A stretch of 64,000 bases of DNA from NCBI GenBank assembly GCA_977862235.1, contig OZ374565.1, positions 868,001 through 932,000 on the forward strand. Direction: 5' to 3'. The notes below the pieces were generated by a model that worked only from the letters and a program-made list of their open reading frames with translations, was not told the DNA's origin and did not search any database. The position numbers and the translations under genes are program-made. Position 1 is the first letter of the stretch. Each line of letters starts with the position of its first letter. This document shows, in pieces, positions 56,604 through 64,000 of this stretch. The stretch is from Dudresnaya verticillata (taxonomy: Eukaryota).

Positions 56604-59172
56604 AGGTCGGGCCGCGGCGCGCGGGCGGGCGGGCGGGGCGGCGGCGCGGCGAATGCGCGCGGCGGGGGACGGGCGGGACGGCGGGGGTGGGGGAGACGCG
56701 CGGGTGCGGCAAGGGGGCGGCGGGGGTGTTGTTGGATGGGATGGAGGGTGGGAGGAGGGATGTGGAGGCAGATGAAGGGTGGAAGGGGGGGGGGGTGTCG
56801 GGTCGAGGGAGGGGTGAGGGGAGGAGCAGCGAAGCGAAGCCAAGCGAAGCGAAGCGCGCGGCGGAGTTGGGGGCACGCGTCGGTCGGAGGGAGTCGGGGA
56901 GTGCGGTGGGGCAGTGGGGGCGGTGGTGCGCCGGGCGCGGGACGTGTGGGACGTGTACGGCGGGGGCGCGGGGTGCGCGGTGCGGCCAGCGCGTCGCCGT
57001 CGACCGGCGCGGTGGCGGCGCGGCGGGCGCGCGCGGCGCGCGTCTTTTTAGGGTAAAAAGGCGGCGCGGCCGTGTGTAAGCCGATGGCGCGGGACGCGCG
57101 AGTGTAAGAGCGCGCGCGCTGCGCGCCGCACGTTGCGCGGCTGACACCGCGCGTCGCGCGAGGTGTAAGCGCGCGCGGGCGCCAATGGCGGCGCGCGGCG
57201 GAGCGGATCAAGCGTTGATCCCGCGCCGCGCGCGCAGCACGAGTGACGCGCGCGCCGCCGCTCGCGCCCTCAGCCGGCGCCGCGATGGCTGACCGGAGCG
57301 CGCCGGCGGCGCGGACACGCACGCCACGTGGCACGGCGGACAGCAAGGACTGCGGCGCCTCGGCCTTGCAGCCGCGAGATCGCGCGGCGCTCGCGCGTGA
57401 GCTCGTGGCGCGGCGCGAAGCTCCCAGGCACTATCTATGATGCGCTCTGCGCGCGCCCGGGCCGTTCGCACCAGCGCGCCGCGGCGCAGAGTGTCCACGC
57501 GACGCCCGCGTCGTACCGCCCTCGCGCTCACGCTAGCAGCCCGCCGCGGGCACAGCTGCGGCCGCGCGAGCAAAAACAACAGCACCATGACCTGCGCGTC
57601 GAGGGCTGGCGGCCGTGCCGCTGCGGAGACGGCCGCACGGTACTTGTAATTTGCTTCCTCCGCCGCTGCGCGCACGCACTCTGCACAACAACGATAGACT
57701 GCAACACCTTCGATCCTGTGGACACCTGTTGTATCTACATGCAAATAAAAGTTACCGCGCACGCTGCGCTTCTCCACATCGCGACGTGCCCGGCCCCAAG
57801 CGCCGTGGCATCGCGATCGCACAACACTCGCGCAACTTTCAAAACATTTTCCAAACTTTCCCAAAAACAAAAAGCCTCAACTTTGAGCACACCGCGCGCC
57901 CAGCGATCTCACCACTGCCTGTACTGTACAGTATCTCTACTGCAGATAGGATACCGAACTGCTCGCTAATTAACGCTATCTCCGCAGCCCATCTCCTCCC
58001 CTCCTGCAACCCAAATGCAGCCTTCCCGCATCGCCAGGGAGCCACTGTTATTCACACCAAGCAAGTCCCGTCCCGTCCCGCTCGCCTCCTCCACCAAAAG
58101 TGGCCAGCCCGTTATTGAACAACACCCACACCGTGCGTATCCGATACGACATTGCTTCGATGCATCTCAAGTGCACACTTCCAGCCCGCAGCATGCACGC
58201 AACAACAACAGCCATAGTCCGTTCACATGCAACACGCCTATCGAGCTGATTCGGTAACACCTATATCTACTCTACCCAACTGAACGACCCACACACGCTC
58301 TCATGCCTTCTACCTCCGCGCTACGTGTCCGCATTGTTTTCCCCCGACCCACCCTTGGCGGCGTGCCGCGCACGCCCCATGTTTGCGTACAATGTTGCAC
58401 CGAGTCTACTCACGCTGCGTCGCTGATCGCAGCACACGCGACGCGCAACCAACTTGTCCGCTGCACTCCAGCTGCACCAGAGGTGCACAGCAAGCCCATC
58501 TTTCGAGAGCTTCTCTCCGCGTGTAACCCAAACCCTCCAGGCACAGTAGTGAACAGCATGCCGTCAGAGGCAGTCAGTCGTCCGACCTGGTGCGTGTGCT
58601 CTGCACCAGCGGAACGGAGAAATGAATTCATCAAAAAGCCCATGTCTCGCAGCCGGGAAGACACACGCCGTCAGCGGGAGGCGCCGCGTCCGGAGCGTCA
58701 CCCGCGCGCGTCACGTCCGCGAGAACCACAGCGCCCAAAACGGACAAAAACGGCCCCACTCGTTGGCTGTTGCCGCCACGGCGCGTCGCTCGCCCCGCGC
58801 GTTCGCTGCCGCATTCCAAAATGGAAAAACTCCTCTGCGTGCACCGCGTGCGCGCTGCGCTTCCCCCTCCGTGTAACCGCGATGCGCGCGCTCCTCGTTC
58901 CAGACGCGTCCGCCATGCCACATCGCTCCGGCTTTGCTTGGCTCCCGCCCGGCGTGCGCTGTTCACCACCCTTCGCGCCGCTTCCAACCCGCCTGGTGCC
59001 GTTGGAGAGCACTCGCCTCTCTCTCTCTCCCTCTCTTTCCAGAATGGTATAACAGAACACCGGGCACGCGCGTCTCTCAGCCATCCGCCCCGCACCGCTC
59101 ACACGTCATCTCACAACACGCTACCCCAACCCACCACTCCTCACAGCACCTTACCACACTCACGACACGAAA

Positions 59173-60092
59173 ATGGCAACCCCGAACGAGACCACGCTCA
59201 TCATCGGTGGCAGCACCGGCATTGGCTTTTCCGTCGCGGAGATGGAGGCTTCCGCCGGCCGCTCCGTCATCATTGTCGCACGCAACGAGAACCGTCTGGC
59301 AGACGCCGCTCGCCAGCTCGAGAAGCTTCTCGCCAAGGACGCAACCGTCACCGTCTGGAAGGTCGACCTCGCGTGCCCCAAGTCCGTGCAGGAGGGCCTC
59401 GTCGATCGCATCCGTGCCCTTCCAGAGCATGTCACCCTCTGCAGACTCGTCAACTCGGCAGGCCTGTTCGTCCCAAAGCCGTTTTTGGACCATGAGGAGA
59501 GCGACTATGATGTAAGTTGAGCCTGTACTGTTCGTGCGGTTCCTCAATAGGCACACAGCCGGTTGATTGACGCATTATTTTGCTAACTTCCCCAGCCATG
59601 CTGTTGCTTGCCGTTGCGTATTCCTACTACTCCTCCTACCAGATGTATCATGCTCTGAATCGTGCCACTTTCTTCGCAACCCAAGCCGTCGCGAAGAGAA
59701 TGGCAGCAGGCTCGGGCGGGTCCATCGTCAACATCGGGTCAATGTGGGCGAAGCAGAGCATCAAGGCGACGCCGAGCAGCGCATACTCTATGGCGAAGGC
59801 AGGCCTGCACTCACTGACCCAGACCCTGGCGTTGGAGCTGGCCGAACACAACATCCGCGTCAACGCAGTGTCGCCGGCCGTCGTGCAAACTCCCATCTAC
59901 AAGGCCTTCATCTCGGAAGAGGAGATCGAAAGTACCATGCGTTCACTTGACGGAATGCATGCCATTGGACGTGTTGGACGCCCAGAGGATGTTGCCCATG
60001 CCGTAGAGTTTTTGCTTGATGGAGAGAAGGCGGGCTGGGTTACTGGTGCGGTGTGGGATGTCGATGGCGGCGTTATGGCAGGGCGAAACTGA
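59173..60092 (+). CDS. Classical short-chain dehydrogenase/reductase, 2 exons (59173-59511, 59643-60092), 262 aa
   Basis: IIGGSTGIG (Rossmann), VNSAG, IVNIGS, YSMAK (YxxxK), [17 protein letters not shown]. Intron GTAAGT...TGCTAAC...CAG (59512-59642) preserves frame. Confidence 0.93.
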
Positions 60093-60399
60093 CGCAGTTA
60101 TCGGTGTTTGGGGGCAGACTTCTGTCTTATGCCACCTTGTTCGAAGGACGCTCAGTCTCGGAGGGTCGGGCCCCATCATCGTAACTGTGATGTTGCATTG
60201 TTTGATGCTGTTTTGGTCATCCAGCGTGGGGGCAAGTAGGGCTCAATTGCAAACGCGCAGATTGAGAGTCTCCATTTCAACACTTTCTCCCAAGTCAGAT
60301 TGTAACACTGGACTAGGTCTGTGTGTTAGCTCTATTATGCTGCAGTCATAGTCTCTATCGTAGCATACGACCTAGAGCCTAAGAGGCAGACTAAAGCCA

Positions 60400-61708
60400 A
60401 AGTAAAGTTCTTGTTTTGCTTTTGTTACACTTTGCTTTGCGGTGAATTTCAGACAGAAGCTTCACTGCGTTTGCTCCCCACCCGGGTTCCTTCGCACATC
60501 AAATACAAGTCCGACCTGCGGCATCTGTTGAATAATTCGTTTCCATTCTCGAAGAAGTCGGCGATTTACTGGCATCAAGAAGGATCGAACAACCAAGCGC
60601 CCTAGAGCGCCACTGCTGGTCCGAATAGTTTTAGCCGAGAAGAACTTTTGAAAAGCCACTCCTACGTGTACCCGTTTCCGATCTAGAACCTCAATCCTTT
60701 CATACCCGGGATACTTCACTGATGCGTCGGGAATCGTTAGACGCAAATCATCCTCGATATCCTCCCCAAGCACTGAAGAGATGATGCAAGGGACTCTTAA
60801 CTGAGGCTTTCGTTCGGACGCAAACAAAATTCTGTTTGCTACCTCAGGCGCTTTTACAACGAAGAACCTCCACAGAACTGCGTGGCTGCCCCGGGACCCG
60901 TTAATTGACTACTCGATCTTGACCACTTCTTCCATTGGCATTGGCAGTCGCAGGCACAGGAATCTTTTCCTCGTGTGACATCCAGCACACCGTTTGCTAC
61001 TTGTGCTGCTTTGTTAGAACCGGAACCTCCCTCTCCTATATTTTGAACGAAATTGTCTATTGGATCACCGTTCCAAGTTAACAGCTCCACGCCCCACGTT
61101 AAAAGTCGAGTTCAGTGGTGGTCGGTCCAACAGAAATATCGTTTACGACATATCGTTGTCGTGGTTTCCCGCTCTCAGTGTTTCTCGGTTCGAAGAAAGT
61201 CTTGATAGAAAACCCAACAGGATCAAGAGCTGCGCTGTATGCACCTGAAGGCATAAAGGTGGTATGGCCACCGTTCATCTGCTGGAATATATCTCGCATG
61301 GCAAAGGAGAAGCCGACATTTGACATTTGTGGCTTCTGTCCAACTCTCTTGGACAACTTATCTAAGTTCGCAACAGGATCCACTTTGAGAAGACTGAGAT
61401 GAAGAGCTCTGTGTTGGCTATACCCATTGAGAATTATTCGGACTGCACTAATAATTGTCTGCTGAGCAGAAGGAGAGAGCTTGGGTTTGATAGTCTCGTC
61501 GAGGATGGATTGAAGCAAGCGCATTTCTGTAATGACTCTCCCTACTTGTTGCTCGCTTTACGAAATACAGATCCGATGTTCTTCGATGCAGACATCAACT
61601 GTGTGTGGGTCTTTGTCATCGCAATGCGGGCTGTGTTCACACCACTGAGAGAATGTGACTGCAGTCCAAACTGCAAAGAAGATGGTGAATGTGAATAGAT
61701 TCGTACAT
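60400..61708 (-). pseudogene. Degraded secreted S41-family (tail-specific/tricorn-like) peptidase
   Basis: Fragments 61099-61524, 60854-61090 and 60462-60827. Signal-like NLFTFTIFFAVWTAV, RDIF..MNGGHT, PDZ-like ELLTWNGDPI, GRLVVRSF, GLVFDVRRNPGG. Stops and frameshifts; no catalytic-Ser region recognised. Confidence 0.68.
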
Positions 61709-64000
61709 GTCTTACTGATGTCTAGGGAAGTGAGGATCCCTCGCAGCCCGAGTGGATCAGCAGTAACTGGCTTGCTTGAAATATCGCTACGGTCACCAGT
61801 CTGAGAAAATATATCCGATGAATCTGAAATGCACTTTGGCTGCTACTGCAATTGCAGTAAAGCTTGTGAGGTGTTACACTGCTATCGTAAGAAAATCCCG
61901 TAGAATCGTGACTAGTAAGCCCGGAAGGAAAACATGGCTTGCTGCTGAGTTGTGGAACATAGGGTTCAAGCATTGTGCAATATGTGGATGATCTGACACA
62001 AGGAAAGTACCAAACGCATGGTCCCGTGTTATCCGTTGGGAAAGACCCCCTGTTGATCTTCCCAGAAAGGCTACCTCTTTCTCGCTTGACATGACGATGT
62101 ACATGGCTTCGCCCTGTGGCGTCTCTCTCAACTGTCTTTTTGAGGGTCACATTTCTCTTCCTCTTCCATATGGATTTGCGATTCTACTTGAATTCCATGT
62201 TCTCTTTTGAATGTTTCCAAGTCTACTTCCTGTCATACAGTTTGCGAAAGAGTCTTCATCGATGGCGCCAGCTGGACGCAGACTCTGTAAACCAACTATT
62301 TTCTCTCACCTCGACACCACAATCTGCCAAGTATTAGAGATTTTTCATTTGTTGTTTAGGGTGGTCCTACGCGGGCGACTCGGGCCATTTGCAGGCACAC
62401 CATGGGGTGTGGTCGTGCAGGATGTACTAGAGCTTCGAGCGAGGAGATGGGCATAGCGGGTGATCATGACCACAGATCTGTGGACAGATGCGCCGGTGTC
62501 CTGAATCGCGTGGGAGATGTAGCGGAGTATAGAGTGGGACGGGAATATCCCTATACTGTACTGATAGTGAGCACGATATTTTATTGCCTACGCAGCAATT
62601 GAAACAAGTCGCGCTGAAGTCCCAATAATCAGATTATTGTTGCCGGTGCACTTCCTCGAGTTGACTGTCATTTATTGTTATTGTTTCACTGCCTCCAGTT
62701 GACCCTCACTTACTGGATGAAAAAATTCTTGGCACAGGACCGCTGGAGTAGTCTGAGGTGGACTCGTGGAACCCCCACAATGGGGGGTGCCCCTTCCCCA
62801 AGTCCACGTCTGATACATGGTGTCAAGTGGGCCACCATGGACAGGTTGGGAAAACAGTGGATCCCCTTGCCCGTGTCGGATCATTCACACCACTAATAAC
62901 TCCCCGGGAATAGTAGAACCAATTCCACTCCATGCTATCCCCAACTTTTTGAACATTTTATAGCGAGCAGCGAGAAGTAAGCAGCTTCCCTAATAACAAG
63001 TCGAAAAGATCGCAGCCGTTCATCAATGCATCGTTGCGTTTTGGAATGTACCTCACTTGTGGCTTCACTCCAAAGTTTTCCACGATTGACCCAGCCTTCT
63101 TCCCAGTGCGATAGAATCGAAGAAACTAACAATCACTTGTATTCGACATTCTACTGTACAAGTTACAGAAGAGTGAATTTGGCGGCCTTGCGTGGAGGGC
63201 AAGGAAATTTGTGAGAGTTGGAGGCTCGAGAACTCAAGTCTTGGAGGGGGCAGTCATGTAGAAATTTAACCACCGCAATAAGCTCTCCATGAGGAGTATC
63301 GTGAAGTGCTACGAATTGAACAATGCTACAGAATCGTGGTTCAACATGCCGAGAAATAAGCTCTGCCCTCCGGACTTGGCCTGCATGCTCTCACATTCAG
63401 TACTCTCAAGACTCCTGTGAGCAAGCCCGCACAGAACCACCGTAGGACGGCCGCATCCCTTTCCCCTGCTGTGCTTTCGTTCCCACGTCAGTGCCCTAGA
63501 TGGTGCTACTGTGCCGCCATATATTTTGCTCATGGGCCAAGGTGGTGTTAGCCTTTCGAAATAAGTCTTTCCGCAGACCAGGGAACGAAAGGACAAAGGT
63601 GATGTTACACTTTACTTAACCTGCTTTTTGAGTAAGTCGGCTTTGGAAGCTGAGGCCTATGAACCAACATACAAGGAAGTTGCAGCATAAACTGGTGCGG
63701 CGACTGGAAAGCTTGCGTCAAGTAACGACAACAACTACCTACTGATGAATCAACGTGGCAATTCCAGAGCTGAATTTTTCTCAGTGACTGGCGAGGTACG
63801 TTTACCTCAACGAGGGAACACAACCGCGAGGTACAGTACTGTCGTGCCCCGAACATTACTCGCCGTCGTTAGAACTTGGCCCCACCTCCATCACATCACT
63901 AGATAAATTGAACCATTACTGCTGTTGGTGCCCTGATCAAGGCATCAGCGAAGGTCCCGAGTTCATAGACATGAGAACTCGATAAATCGTTTGACGCGAA

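Noticed and set aside
56412..56876. 155-aa N-terminal extension of the LARP ORF given in the ORF track
   Set aside because: Begins at a non-ATG codon and consists of translated microsatellites; the first ATG, at 56411, sits right at the La motif.
55035..57346. Long overlapping ORFs (673, 466, 349, 304 aa) around the LARP 5' end
   Set aside because: Shadow frames of a GC-rich gene and its microsatellites; low-complexity Arg/Gly/Pro translations with no domain signal.
61720..64000. Possible gene fragments at the window end
   Set aside because: Only short ORFs with frequent stops; nothing recognisable.

Overview
Eukaryotic nuclear DNA, most likely a florideophyte red alga (inferred from gene style, intron signals and TE families; not proven). 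Positions 1 to ~42.2 kb are a dense nest of transposons. There are two chromodomain-bearing Ty3/Gypsy LTR retrotransposons (A: 388-18585, minus, decayed; B: 28824-40720, plus, young), each with a large antisense accessory ORF. There are also several solo or relic LTRs, a pogo/Tigger element, a Tc3-like remnant, and two PIF/Harbinger transposase pseudogenes with Myb/SANT-like partner ORFs. The most unusual element is a 4.9-kb piggyBac-like DNA transposon (1984-6916). Its transposase carries a YqaJ/lambda-exonuclease-like nuclease, itself containing a SAP motif, between the 2nd and 3rd catalytic Asp. From ~42.5 kb onward the window is host-gene territory: a Myb-like/DUF6818-type protein, a Golgi-type sulfotransferase, a repeat-bearing disordered protein, a LARP4-like La-related protein, a bacterial-type SDR with one intron, an S41-peptidase pseudogene, and two notable non-coding hairpins. 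All domain calls are by-eye motif recognition; no database search was run.
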